Shown piece by piece: positions 28,193 to 40,622 of a stretch of 64,000 bases of DNA (positions are counted from its first letter, which is position 1; every line of letters begins with the position of its first letter). The position numbers and the translations under genes were made by a program. The DNA lies in the NCBI RefSeq assembly GCF_964204645.1, contig NC_134026.1, positions 13,948,050-14,012,049 of the forward strand. Reading direction: 5' to 3'. The notes under the pieces were generated by a model. It was not told the DNA's origin. It ran no database searches and saw only the letters and a program-made list of their open reading frames with translations. Source of the stretch: Tubulanus polymorphus. Taxonomy: Eukaryota; Animalia; Nemertea.

Positions 28193-28207
28193 CATAGCAG
28201 CTAGCAT
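28193..28207 (-). CDS. LAP3: Probable first coding exon of the aminopeptidase (MLAAM)
   Basis: ATG CTA GCT GCT ATG followed by a GTAGGA donor. Phase 0 gives M-GRGLVLG, matching LAP3 M-TKGLVLG. Short, so tentative. Confidence 0.5.
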
Positions 28208-28214
28208 AGCAGAT

Positions 28215-28320
28215 ACGAGTAAAATCCCACAATAAAAGAATTAGATGATAAAATGTTTATTAAAACATATAAGAAATATTTCGGGTGGTTACTACCTCCC
28301 TTCTTCAGTCTAAAATGAGT
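28215..28320 (-). mobile_element. 106-bp Penelope-like retroelement remnant with a hammerhead-ribozyme-like core and 14-bp TSD
   Basis: CTAGCATAGCAGAT is duplicated at 28201-28214 and 28321-28334. Minus strand reads AGA-CTGAAGA-A-GGGAGGT-AGTA-ACCACCC-GAAA-TATT-TCT. Confidence 0.65.
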
Positions 28321-29086
28321 CTAGCATAGCAGATGATTAATCAGCCTCTTCAAAATTTCACTTGAAAACAAATGTGTAAACATGGCTAATTATGACGAAC
28401 AACAATTGTCGCCACTTAGCCATATCGAATATTTACGGGTCAGATAAAAACAAGAGCCCCAAGGGGCACTCAGACTAGTCAATACCTAATAATTAACACA
28501 ATAGCATATCAAGGTCATCCATCTGATTTGAGAAAAAGCTATTTTTCCCGGACTTTGCCAATTGTCAGTGATATTTTCTGTGGTTCAATTAAAAATATCC
28601 CTCCCAAAAATCAAATCAAATAAAGATTTCACAGAAATCTATATTGAAATACAATTTTAGATCTTAAAATAAAACCCAAAAGTAAAACAGTAGACGATAC
28701 CGCGGGTTCACGTGAACACCTGCTTATCTCTGCGGCGAAACCAATCATAGAGGAGTCTTTGCTTTCTGATTGGCTTTTTAAAACAGATATTATTGCGATC
28801 GGATTTTCGTGAAAAAGCTCATATAAATTTTAACGAGGCCCTCTTTCAAAATTCAGCTTCGTAGAATTTGGATAATGGATAATGCTTTAATGAGTGATTT
28901 GTATGAATATATGCTCAGTTGCTCTGTCAAAGAGCCCTTGCTCTGGAAACCATGTCATTTAAATTCGCTCCATTTGTATAGGGTTGACTACTTAACGAAA
29001 TTAACCAGTTTAGATCGTATATACATGTACATCAAATGATTGAAGTAAATGAATTTCTTAGACATGATTAGATATGATAAGATAAT

Positions 29087-29785
29087 TTACGGTTCCAAAA
29101 AATACATTGATTTGCATAGAATATCTTCACATCTTTTGCATTTAAAATTTTCTGAATCATGATTAGTTAAACAAGAAACATGGAACCAGCGATCACACAT
29201 ACTACAAGCTACCCATTCAACCAGCTGATCATCTCCTCAATCCTCCTTCTCTCCACACACTGCACAAACCTCATTCTCGCTCTCAGCTCCCTCACTAGAC
29301 TCATTTCCTTCATTCTCACTGTCATCTTCCGCACCCTGATTCTCTTCCTTATTTTCTCTCTCATCCTCGCTCTCATCACTAACATTCAGATTCATAACAA
29401 CATAAGTTTCAAATTTTTTTACTAGATTGTCTGATAATTTGTCCTTAATCCATAATTCGTTTTCGATTTTCTTCATGTGATCATCGTAATTACTCCAATT
29501 TTCCGCTGTGACTTGTTCTCTGCCTTCAATGATTAACTTTCCTACATCCTTCAGTTTATTTGTAGTGTTTCTTTTCTTTGCATATGCTTTCATCTGGTGC
29601 CAAACCATTTCAATTGAGTTGAGCTCGCAATGTTTGACTGGTAATATCAGTAGCTCTTGTCCAGAATCGAGAATCAGCTGCTCTGATTTGTAAACTTTAT
29701 TTGGTTATTAAGTTTGACATAGTTTTACAAGTTGTTGTTTGTTTAAATTTTGGTCGTATATCACTTTTTTCTTTTCCAACCATCT
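29087..29785 (-). pseudogene. Tc1/IS630-superfamily transposase C-terminus (DD82E/Sailor-like) followed by an acidic linker and PHD finger
   Basis: LILPVKHCELNSIEMVWHQMK catalytic-E motif, VTAENW, then CAVC...WVACSMCDRWFHVSC...FKCKRC. Internal stops; splice acceptor at the start. Confidence 0.75.
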
Positions 29786-29867
29786 CTGAAAAGGAAAATT
29801 TAATGTTATTAGCATCGTAAGCATACCAAATAGATTCTTCATTCCTTGAGCCTGTAAGGCTCTATAA

Positions 29868-30030
29868 GGGGTCATTCATTTATTCTGTATGCATTAGGGG
29901 AGGGGATGGGTCAGTGCAATTGCGTACTGTAATGCTTAATGTATAATGAAAAAATGGCCGATTTTGCGTACAAAGGGGAGAGGGATTTAAAAATTAAAAT
30001 TTTATGCGTACGTAATAAATGAATGATCCC
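29868..30030. mobile_element. Small Harbinger-like MITE
   Basis: Imperfect TIRs GGGGTCATTCATTTATT..GTA.GCAT / ATGCGTACGTAATAAATGAATGATCCC; TAA at the left flank. Confidence 0.6.
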
Positions 30031-30675
30031 AAAATGGGTGGGTAGGTAGGTAGGACATTTTTTTTTCTTTTTATAGAAAAAAAAATATCGGTTATTCTTC
30101 TAACAGTGGGTCGCCGTAAATAATTTTTAATGGACTAAATTTTTAGTCAGGGATATGATAATAATGTTTTATTCTGAAAATGATTATTTGAATTGATGAA
30201 ATATTGGGTCAGTCGGGCCCAAGAAGCAGGGTTTTCTTTTGGTGTGGCCTAGTGCAATGTTTTTCTGAGATGTTTTCTGACACATGGGTTTTTCCCTTGG
30301 TTCGAGTTTTAAGTAAACAAAAACAGGGTAAACAAACATTTGACAGTGAGAACATTACTTTTTCTCAAACAACCTTTTTCTATCTATGGATGAGGGTTGA
30401 TTACACTTAGATGGATGACTAATTGAAAATTGTACGATATGCTTCTGAGATACCTCCCAAAAGTATACCTGTCATTTCAATAAAAACATTTTCATTGAAT
30501 TGACGTGGATACTTTGGGCTTACCATCTTTGGTGTGCATACACTGTATATATTTGAAGAAGTCCAACGATTCAAATCTTATATGATGAAATTTATTATTT
30601 TGAAACCAGTTTTGAAAAGTGATTTCATAAAATCTGATGAGCGTTTTAGCGTTTTAGCCCACCAGACATATGTTT

Positions 30676-31345
30676 CCCTCCCTCCCTCCCTCCCTCCCTC
30701 CCTCCCTCCCTCGCTCTCCTAGGTACCAATATAATAAGGAAATACTAAGTAATTCCATTATTCAACGCCCCCTGGTGACCATATAGAATAACAAATGACC
30801 TTGAAACTTACCACAACCATAGACCATGTCCTGAGCTACAACTTTCCAGTTGGTTGTGGAAACAAAATATGCATAGGTACGAATATAATGTAGAAATACT
30901 AAGTTGTTGTATTGTTCAATGCCCCCTGGTGGCCATATTCAAAAACCAATGAAGTTGAAACTCACCACAATCATAGAACATGTCAGCAGCTATGATTATT
31001 TAATTGATTGTGGTAACAAAAAATGACTAGTTACCAATATAATATGGAAATACTAGGTTTTTCTAGTATTCAACACCCCCTGCTGACCATATGCAAAGCC
31101 CAATGACCTTGAGACTCACCTTAATCACAGAATATATCATGAGCTACAACTTTGCAATTGATCATCGTAACAAAGTATGCCTACGTACCAAATAATAAGG
31201 AAATACTTAGTTATTCTTCTATGACCATATAGAACAACTAATGACCTTGAAACTCACCACAATCATAGACAATGGGCTACACTTTGCAATTGATCATGGA
31301 AACAAAATATGCTTAGGTATCAATATAGGCCTAATGTGAAAAACT
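30676..31345. repeat. (CCCT)n microsatellite followed by ~4 copies of a ~150-bp satellite unit (Helentron-associated; same family as 620-732 and 6332-6380)
   Basis: Recurring TTCAACGCCCCCTGGTG(G/A)CCATAT..TGACCTTGAAACTCACC..GAGCTACAACTTT..TAGGTACCAATATAA. Confidence 0.8.
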
Positions 31346-33070
31346 TATATATATATATATATCACCCCGTATATACCGCCACCCCTGTTATTGTTCTGCA
31401 TCTATATATATGAGTCAAAATATGGTGTCCTAAAATTCCTGTTACGTCCGGGAAATGCCAAAATTACAAATTTAATCATGAACAAAATTGAATCCAACAG
31501 TATTATTCTGTAGTTAAGAGTATACCTAAGTATAAGTAAAATGGAAAAGATAGTTCATCAGTCCTAACAACCTTAATTATGTAATTAATGAAAATTCCTG
31601 GACGTAACTTGGGACACAAAATGTAAATCAAAAATTTGATTTATCGGCATGATGTTCTATTCTTTTCATAATTTTATCAATGTCACTGTAAAAATTAATA
31701 ATCATTAGACGTCCCTTCACATGAAACTATGAAGTTGAAACATTATTTTCAGAGATTATCTCCAAAAATATTACTGGATGTAACAGGACGCGATAAGGAT
31801 ATTCCAAAGTGTTACATTTTTCAAATTTTCGCAGGTTTAGTTTGTGCAAACGAGTTAAATAAGTTAAATATCATTTAATAAGACTTTTGGGAGACATTTG
31901 GAACTCCCTAATTTTCCAGAGAATAGGATTGGCAAGAAATTTAAATGCAAGATGTAAGAATGTTGAAAAAATATTGCAGCCGGAATTAAATTAATTTTTT
32001 CTAGTTTAATTGCATTTTATTTATTTGTTTACTAACACTTTGTATTCAAGTTTATTGTTGTGAGTATCCGAGTTAACCTGTACTGATGAACATGTTGTAT
32101 ATGCTTTCCATTTTGCTTTAGCATGTACAGCAGGCCCACGGCTCGGTGATGCACCTTAACAACTAACCCAAGAAACATGGAACAATAAATATTATCATCA
32201 AATCTAATAAAAAATTAGGTATAATGAAATGAAACAGTCAAGGAAGATTTTGTTCCATCTTTCTTAATAAAGGGCCGAAACACAGAGGCTGGAATTGACA
32301 ATTACGCTTTGAATATTTGTTGTCAATATGTCTTTGACATATTTGATCGAGAAAAGTCCATGTTGATATAAATTTCCAAAATTCGACGCTATGTATGTTA
32401 CATCGTTTTCATATTGTCCCTCTAAGCCTTTGTGTCTGCAGGTTTCTGCTATCATCAAACCAACGGAATTGTTCAGTTGCTCAGAAGCAGGATGGAGTTA
32501 ACCAGTGGATAGTTGACATAGTGACAATTAAAAGTTCAATGTTACTATGGTATTTATCCACTGGTTATCTTTAACGAACTTTTGAGCAACTGACTCCTGA
32601 ACTACACACAGAAGCTGATATCAGGAAGAATATGTTGTCCATTGGAGGCAACCAGCACATTATACTAACAACAAAACTTGCTTACTCCGGATCTCTTATA
32701 ATCAGTTTTTCATTTTATCTGGACAGATATTCTAGCACAGTTAGATTAATTGCATTCAAATTACATGTATTTTACTCAAAATAATCCGGTTTTGGGCAGT
32801 CCCGAATTAAGCAAGTTCTACTGTTTCAAACACCACGATGGATAGTGTAATGGTTTTACTTTCACTAGGGTAATATCATTATGCGCATGATAGCATTTTC
32901 GCAGTTGCTCAAAATTACTCTGAAATCTCACTCATAACAACTTACACAGATTATTTTTAAAAGTTTATTAAGAATAATAAGAAATAACAAAAAAACTTAA
33001 CAAAAATTGCCACATCAATAACTACAAACCCTGGTCCAGATTGCACTATTCATTATTTCATTAAAGTAAA

Positions 33071-34762
33071 TCAGATTAAGTAGTAAAAGTTAACGAGTAA
33101 GTAGGCTATCCGACAGGCTACCCGGCTATCCGAGAATTGATTGTAATGATAGAGCATGAATGAGAATTCTGACATTAAGTAGAATAGGTTTTTCCCTTTA
33201 TATTGATTCGCACATCCATCTGAAAAATGGACTTCGTGTTCTATTTTAACACCACGTGTTTTTAGATGATCATGTACCTTTCTTTTAAACCAATCAACGG
33301 CATATTCATCATGTTTCAAGTCATCTGATACAAAGAAAATATTTTCTTCTACAAGATCTTGGCAGTTTGGACACCTATAGACAGCAACAGTTGGATGCAG
33401 CGTTGCCTGTTTATATTGGTAATACACTGATTGTATTTCATCTTGGTATGTTGTCCTATAGTTTTGGCTGAAATCCTGCACAGTCAACACCCATCCTGGT
33501 GGTAGGTTTTCTTTCAACAATTTATACTGATCGTTTTGCCATCTGGCATTGAACAGATGTTCAGCGAATGGTACCAATTCCACCAACAATTCTTCAATGC
33601 ACTCATTCAATGATCCATTTTTCTCCATCAAAACCTTCACCTTCTTATCTTTATCATCCTTGGTTTTTTCATTACCATCCACCCATTTTTTCCATTGAAG
33701 GGGCAGCTTTCCATCCAGTTTTCTTTCATTCAAGATACTTCTTGTAAGCTTAGGACCGCACTTATTACAGGTCCGCTTAATGCATGCAGGTTCATGATAT
33801 GCCGAGGTCCTTATTTTAGGACACATACTGGTATTGACCAATTGAAACTTGTTACCAACATCAGCTGTTTTTACTCCTTTTCTGTGAGCTAAATTATTGA
33901 TGGCATCTAATTTGAACTCAATGTTGATGCAGTATTCACACAAACAGCGATTATATTTGTTCCTATCCATAGTCAGGCATTCTTTAGGACGAAGCTTCGC
34001 GAATGTTGACAATCCTACTTTAAAATCCCCGAATTCTGAATGGATCATCTTAATCGGGGCACTCAGAACACATTTCTGAATACCATTTCGGGAGACGGTT
34101 CTCTTAGTTGGCAAAATCGTCGATTTTTCTAAGTAGTACTTTCTGATCAAATTTCGTCTTTCTTCGGACAATTTGTCACATCGATAAGGTTTCTCTTCTA
34201 ATAGTGAGGCATACTTCCAGTGCTGATATGATATGTCAAGTTTGGCTCTAGCTGCGCGACTGTTTTTATACTTTCCACACACAAGTGTTACTAATGTTCT
34301 GTATTTGCTGTACTTCTTTGATACCTTATGTGCTCTTAAATTTTTCTTGATATTATTGACAATTTCTTTTTCAGTGTCAACTGTGGAACTTGATTCAGAC
34401 TTAACAGGTTCTTTTTTCGATTCATTTTGTGTTTTCTTCAATTGGTAATTCATTCTTCTTTTTTCGAGTTCACGTCGTTTCGATTGCGGAGTTTGTTTCT
34501 CTCGAAGTCTTTTTTTGGACTCCCGCCAAGATTTTCTCAAATTCTCACGAGCCATTCTTGTTGTAACTGGCCGCCCATTATTTTCTTTCAATCTTTGCCG
34601 ATAATCTTGCATTCTTAATTTGCTCTTTTCTGCGAGCTCTTTTTTTTTCTCACTGGAAATTTGTTGGCGGTAATGGCGTTTACGTTCGGCATCTTTTCGT
34701 AAAAATTCTTCATAAGCCTCCTTATCTCCTTTTCGTCTTTCTTTCTCTAAGTGGTAGTACAT
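33071..34762 (-). pseudogene. Sola2-like DDD transposase, 5' part interrupted by pogo and C-terminus missing
   Basis: CLCEYC and CIKRTCNKCG; DFSQNY..QDEIQSVYY..QATLHP; SDDLKHD; FSDGCANQYKG. The expected HGK..CDG motif with the third catalytic Asp is not present. Confidence 0.8.
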
Positions 34763-34818
34763 CTGTCTCTTCTCTTGACGGCTCTTCGGTCTTTCAGGGC
34801 TGAATTGACGAACTCTTA

Positions 34819-37800
34819 GGGTAACTCCACGTAATTTCGGAAGACCACATAAATTCGGAAGTTTTTTTTCTACAGCATCTCCACGGTCGCGGAGAGGGAA
34901 TACCTACGTGGATTAGGCCAAATTAGATATAGGGGAGGTAGGTTGGTATTTCCCGGGAATTCCACGGGATTCCGCGCCATTTTGATGACGTAGTACGCAT
35001 TTCTTTCTGGCACACGAAATCAGCGCGGCAGGGCGAAAAAGTCAGTCATGTAAGTAAATTATTGATTCGCCCCGCTTTTACGGAATTTCGTGGCAGCCGA
35101 TACGTAAACACTGCCAAGAAGTTGGCCTATTGATAGGAAGTCGATAGTTTGTTTATAAACATTCATTTTCTATCGGAATACGCTCATCGTAAAAAAAAAC
35201 GGCGATTTTCAAGAACTCGCTCGCCTACACAATTTCGGAAATCCCACACCCAGCTTTCACGGCTCTTCCACATAATTTCGGAAGTTCCGAAATTATGTTA
35301 GATTAGTTACGCGTATGTTTACACAGCTGTTATCCACATTAAATAAGACTGTGATGCTGATTAGTTAGGCCTATCAAAGAAAGAAAGTCAGGTTTAGAAC
35401 TATTTTCTCTAGGCTCATTCATTCATGAATTCAGGTAGGGCTACTACCATCCAGATTCAGTCAAAATAAGATCTTGGTCTAGGCTGTCATAACAAATTAC
35501 AGAAACAATCTATCCAGGCCTAACGAAATATTTTTTTTAAATTTTCTTTCACCTCGGTTCATAATAAAGAAGGTCATGTTTTCATTTCTTTTTTATAGAA
35601 TGCCAAAAGTGTATCGAAAGTGGACGGAAGCTCAGATGCGTGAAGCCATTGAGTCCCTCAGAAATGGCTCATCAGTTTTATCGGCGGCTAAGAATTTTGC
35701 AGTTCCAAAATCAACTCTGCACGACGGTGTTAGTGGCAAAATACCGGCAGATTCAAAACTAGGCCGGCCGACACATTTAACGGAGGCAGATGAGAAAAAG
35801 CTCGCCGATTTTGCCAAAAACAGGGCTGATTTGGGATACGGATTCTCAAAGAATAATTTCCTGAAATATGCTGGAGATCTTGCGTTGAAACGTGGAAAAC
35901 CGTTCAAGGAGGTGCTTGTCAATTAGCCAACATCATTAGGATTTGTTATTTGAAAGCATGAATTTAATAATGCAGTCTTTTCTTTTAGATTGTCCCAAGT
36001 GATCAGTTTTGGGCTGGGTTTAAATCCAGAAATCCGTCAGTAACACTGCGCAAGCCCGAAGGCACTGCTGCCATCAGGCATCAGTGTATAAATGTAAAAA
36101 AAGTGGGGATGTTTTTTGGAGCAGCAAAATTTGCATTGGCAGGACTTCAACCAATGCACATCTGGAACATGGATGAAACCGGCCTGCAGTTTTCCCATGT
36201 CCCTGGGAAAATAGTTGCTAGGTATGAAAATTGAACATTAGCTCAATGATAATTCTAGACATTGTGTCAATAGATAGGTAGGCTAATATTCCTCAGTGCA
36301 ATATGTAGATATATACCTATACATACCCGTACATTTTTTCACTATCATGCATGATTTTTAACCAATTTTTTAGTCAAAATCTCGAACTTTCAGCAAATAA
36401 ACTAACATATTGTATCAATTGTGGCATTTATTATCATAGTTTAATGGAATCAATGACCCTTTGAATCAAATACAACTGTAAATTTGTCATAAAATGCACA
36501 CCAAGTCCTCTGAAAATATAAAACAGATATCTCATAAAGGTTTGATAATAAGACTAAGAATTGTGTTTCATTCACAGAAAGGGAAGCAGATATGTGCAGG
36601 CACGCATTAGTGGCAATCGTGAAACTATTACCATCATGGCTTGTGGTAATGCGGCAGGGCAGATGCTAGCACCGAATGTAATTTTTAAAGGGAAAACGGC
36701 AGCATCACTGCAGTCTGTTGATTCCAATCGAGCACCTCCCGGAACTACAGTGTCTGTTTCTGAAAGTGGATGGACAAAGCAGGTTACAAATAATAGGCCT
36801 ATACATAACCAGGAATCAACAACTTACTTTTAATCTATCTAACTTTCCATAATTTTTATCATAATAGGGAATCGCAACACTGTGGTTTAAGAAGAGCTTT
36901 TTACCAGCAATCGGCCGAGTTCGCCCGCAAGTTTTGATATCAGATGGTCATAATAGCCACAATTTCTTAGAATTGGTGGAACTGGCTCGCGAAAATAACA
37001 TCAAATTAGTTGAACTCCCAGAGCACACATCACACTGGCTACAGCCTCTAGATCGGTAGGTCTTTTTGCCCTTATTGATTTATACAATCTAATTTAATGT
37101 TTACCGCGGCGGTATGTGTTCTTTTTTAGATCGTGTTTTAAGACATTAAAGTCCTCATGGAATCGCCTCTGTCAAAACTTCTCAAATCAAAATCCAGGTC
37201 GGATCATCAACAAGAGTTGTTTTTTTGAAATCTTTACACCTACTTGGCAGAGTATCTCGCCTGAACACTTAATTAATGGATTCAGGTCGTGCGGGATTTA
37301 TCCATTCGATCCTTCTATAATTCCACCAGAGGCATTTCTTCCATCTACAACTACAATTGCAACAGTCATTGCTGATGTGAGTTATTTTCTATCCGGGTCA
37401 TATGATCTCACCAAGTTGTTATTTGAATACAATGATGTGTATTGGTATTCTAGATCGCCGATCCTACACCATGTAGTGATGTTCCGTTGTCGGAATCAAA
37501 TAAGGTATGACTTTTCACACTAAAACATACAAAACGTAAATATAGACAAAATCATTTAAAATATCTTGCAATGACCTGTAACCTTAATTACTATCTAGAA
37601 TCAATCAACGAGTGAAAATCCATCTCAGGTGTGAAACAAAAAACTTTATTAATTATAGGTTCATTGTTTGTTAATTAGTATTATTATTTTACCTGTGTTG
37701 GAATAACAGATTCAGATTGGTTCTATTGTGTTCTTTGTTGTTACTTACACCTAATGATTTTACATTTCAGTTTTCAAGTGCTGACGAACAATCAACAAAT

Positions 37801-39875
37801 ATCCTTTTATTTTTCATGATTTGTTTTCCTCACATTACATTCACATCTAAATGGAGTATTCACATATGTTTATGAAATATATCTTTCAGTTTTTAACAGC
37901 GGAGACAGAAGCGCCACCTATATTTCCTTTTGATAACAACTCGTCCCCAGGTAACAGAGAATTTAGAATGAATTAAATACAAATATTTTTCCATATGAGA
38001 TATCTCATTTCGATTCTCAAAACATTATCAGCTGATCCAGATCACGATGTTTTGGATTACCCTGTGGTCACACTAGCAAAAAAGAAGAGAAAATGTGAAG
38101 AGAAAAGATACTTCATACTTACTGCTGACGATGCCTATGCGAATGCGGTTGCTAAGCAAAATCTAAAAGAAAAAAAAGAACAAGAGAGAATTGAAAAGAG
38201 GCAAAAAAGACTCACTACAACTGTAAGTTAAAATAGTGCTGCAAATAGGTTATGGTTTTAATGTACCATTTATTTACATTTTTCCTGTCACGCTCTTTTT
38301 GCAGATTTCATCGAGACCAGAGGAATCAAATATTCCAGTAAGTAGATAACAAAACCATTTGAGAATGTTAATTCAATGATTCATTATTTGTCAATGAAAA
38401 ACATGCATTTCAGGGCCATGATGATCAAACTCAAGATGATGATCAAATTCCTGAAGCAAGTATGCCTAAAGTACAAGAAATAAATATTAGGTAGGCTTGT
38501 AGAATTGTAGTTTAGATCTTGTTTGTATACTGACTTGAAAATGGTCGTTTTCTTTTAACAGTGAGGGTGTCTACATAGCGCTATACCAAGAGGGCAATCG
38601 TGGACGAAAACATCTTTATTTTGGAGTGGTACGATTCCTTGAAATTAGTTCTGAGAACAAATGCATTCAATGGCTTACCCAATTCATGAAATCTGTTTTC
38701 AGATCTTAGAGATTCTTGCCTTTGGAGACGTAGTGATGGTACAGTTTCTTAACCAACCATGTGAAACTAAAAATTCATTTATATGGCCGGATGTAGACAT
38801 CATCGAGGAGCACCCCACAGAAAACATCATCTATGATTTAAGCCCTCCAAAAGTCATCAACAACAGGATGCAGCTAGAGTTTCCAAAAGAAGAATTCCAA
38901 AATACGATGGACGTGTTCGCTACATTCTAAAATCAAAATATTTTTGTCAACTTAATCAGTGGAATATATGTTTTATTTTTAATTTATGGATGTAAATGTT
39001 AGGTTTTTGGTAAGTTTTTAGTTTTATAGGTACAAATCTTATTTTTTTATGAGCCTGATATTTTATTAATCAGGTAGGCATATAAGTTATTTTTTCAAAA
39101 TACATAACAGCAATAATATATGGGTTGTGCAATACGAATATGTTATGAAATATAAAAGTTTGAAATACTTAACTTCTGCTTCTGTTTATTTGTTTACCCT
39201 CAATCAGCTGATCGGCTAAAATTGCGCGAATTAAAATAGTTTAATTATTGGATTCGAACATCAATCACCTGCTAACACCCCTACTTTACCCAAATGGCAT
39301 TGTCCAACTAGCGTTGCCATATTGCTATGAAGCATCAGTATTTTTTAATCTCATCAACTTTATATAAAAAGAATTTCTTTTATATAAAAACATTGTATGA
39401 AATGACATATACATTGATTAATCGTCGTAAAATTTGCGCGAAATTAAAATAGTTTAATAATGGGATTCGAACCTCAATGACATTGCTACCACCCCTACTT
39501 AACCAAAATGGCATTGTCCAACTACCGTTCATATAGCTACCTCCCCTACTTTACCAACATGACATTGTCCAAGAACGACGCGTTGTGAGTACATATAAAT
39601 GATAGCAAATATTTTCGTTATTTCGTTTCCGAAATTATGTGGAGTGCTTCCGAATTTACGTAACCAGGTATTCCGAAATTATGTTATCTCTTAAAATGAC
39701 ATAAATTGACATATCTTTTAAAGGGAACTCGTTTTAAACGATTCCTTAATGATATTAGACCGCAGAAATATGCGGCTATGAAAAAAAGTGCTATTGGCAA
39801 TTCCTATAGTCGAAGATTAATGCCCGTGAAATTAGTTGATTAAAAAACGGCTTCCGAAATTACGTGGAGTTACCC
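34819..39875 (+). mobile_element. pogo (Fot-like, DD35D) transposon nested in the Sola2 transposase exon
   Basis: Perfect 25-bp TIRs GGGTAACTCCACGTAATTTCGGAAG; TA TSD at 34817-34818 and 39876-39877. Confidence 0.92.
35600..38930 (+). CDS. Multi-exon pogo transposase (pipsqueak-type HTH, CENP-B HTH, DDE_1, long C-terminal tail)
   Basis: Exons ~35600-35911, 35989-36221, 36577-36782, 36868-37055 and 37130-37375 splice in frame via GT-AG to give WNMDETG, SESGWT, DGHNSH and HWLQPLD (DD35D). Further small exons continue to the stop at 38930 (boundaries less certain). Confidence 0.85.
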
Positions 39876-39978
39876 TAATTTATATCGTACGGATCTCTTA
39901 TTTTCTCTGAAAAAGTTAAGACACATTGAGTCAATGAGATGAAAAGAGATATGGTTCCATTGCAGCATATATTATATC

Positions 39979-40622
39979 CTAGTTGTCTACCAAGTTTGGA
40001 AAAAATTGGCCATCAATTGCGGCCTCTAGGCCGTTAACGTCCATTTTCATATCGGCCCCCCTGGTGGCCATAATTTGAATCGAAGCGACCCAATTTTAAA
40101 TAGGGTTCTGCCCCATGTGATACCCTAGTTGTCTACCAAGTTTGAAAAAAATCGGCCATGAATTGCGGCCTCTAGACCGTTAACGTCCATTTTCATATCG
40201 GCCCCCTGGTGGCCATAATTTGAATCGAATCGACCCAATTTTAAATAGGGTTCTGCCCCATGTGATACCCTAGTTGTCTACCAAGTTTGAAAAAAATGGT
40301 CAACAATTGCGGCCTCTAGGCCGTTAACGTCCATTTTCATATCGGCCCAATGGTGGCCATAATTTGAATCGAAGCGACCCAATTTTAAATAGGGTTCTGC
40401 CCCATGTGATACCCTAGTTGTCTACCAAGTTTGAAAAAAATCGGCCATCAATTGCGGCCTCTAGGCCGTTAACGTCCATTTTCATGTCGGCCCCCCTGGT
40501 GGCCATAATTTGAATCGAATCGACCCAATTTTAAATAGGGTTCTGCCCCAGGTGATACCCTAGTTGTCTACCAAGTTTGAAAAAAATCGGCCATCAATTG
40601 CGGCCTCTAGGCCGTTAACGTC
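39979..40622. repeat. Homogeneous tandem array, 144-146-bp unit, ~4.4 copies
   Basis: CTAGTTGTCTACCAAG recurs at 39979, 40125, 40270, 40414 and 40560; same family as 6990-7480. Confidence 0.95.
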
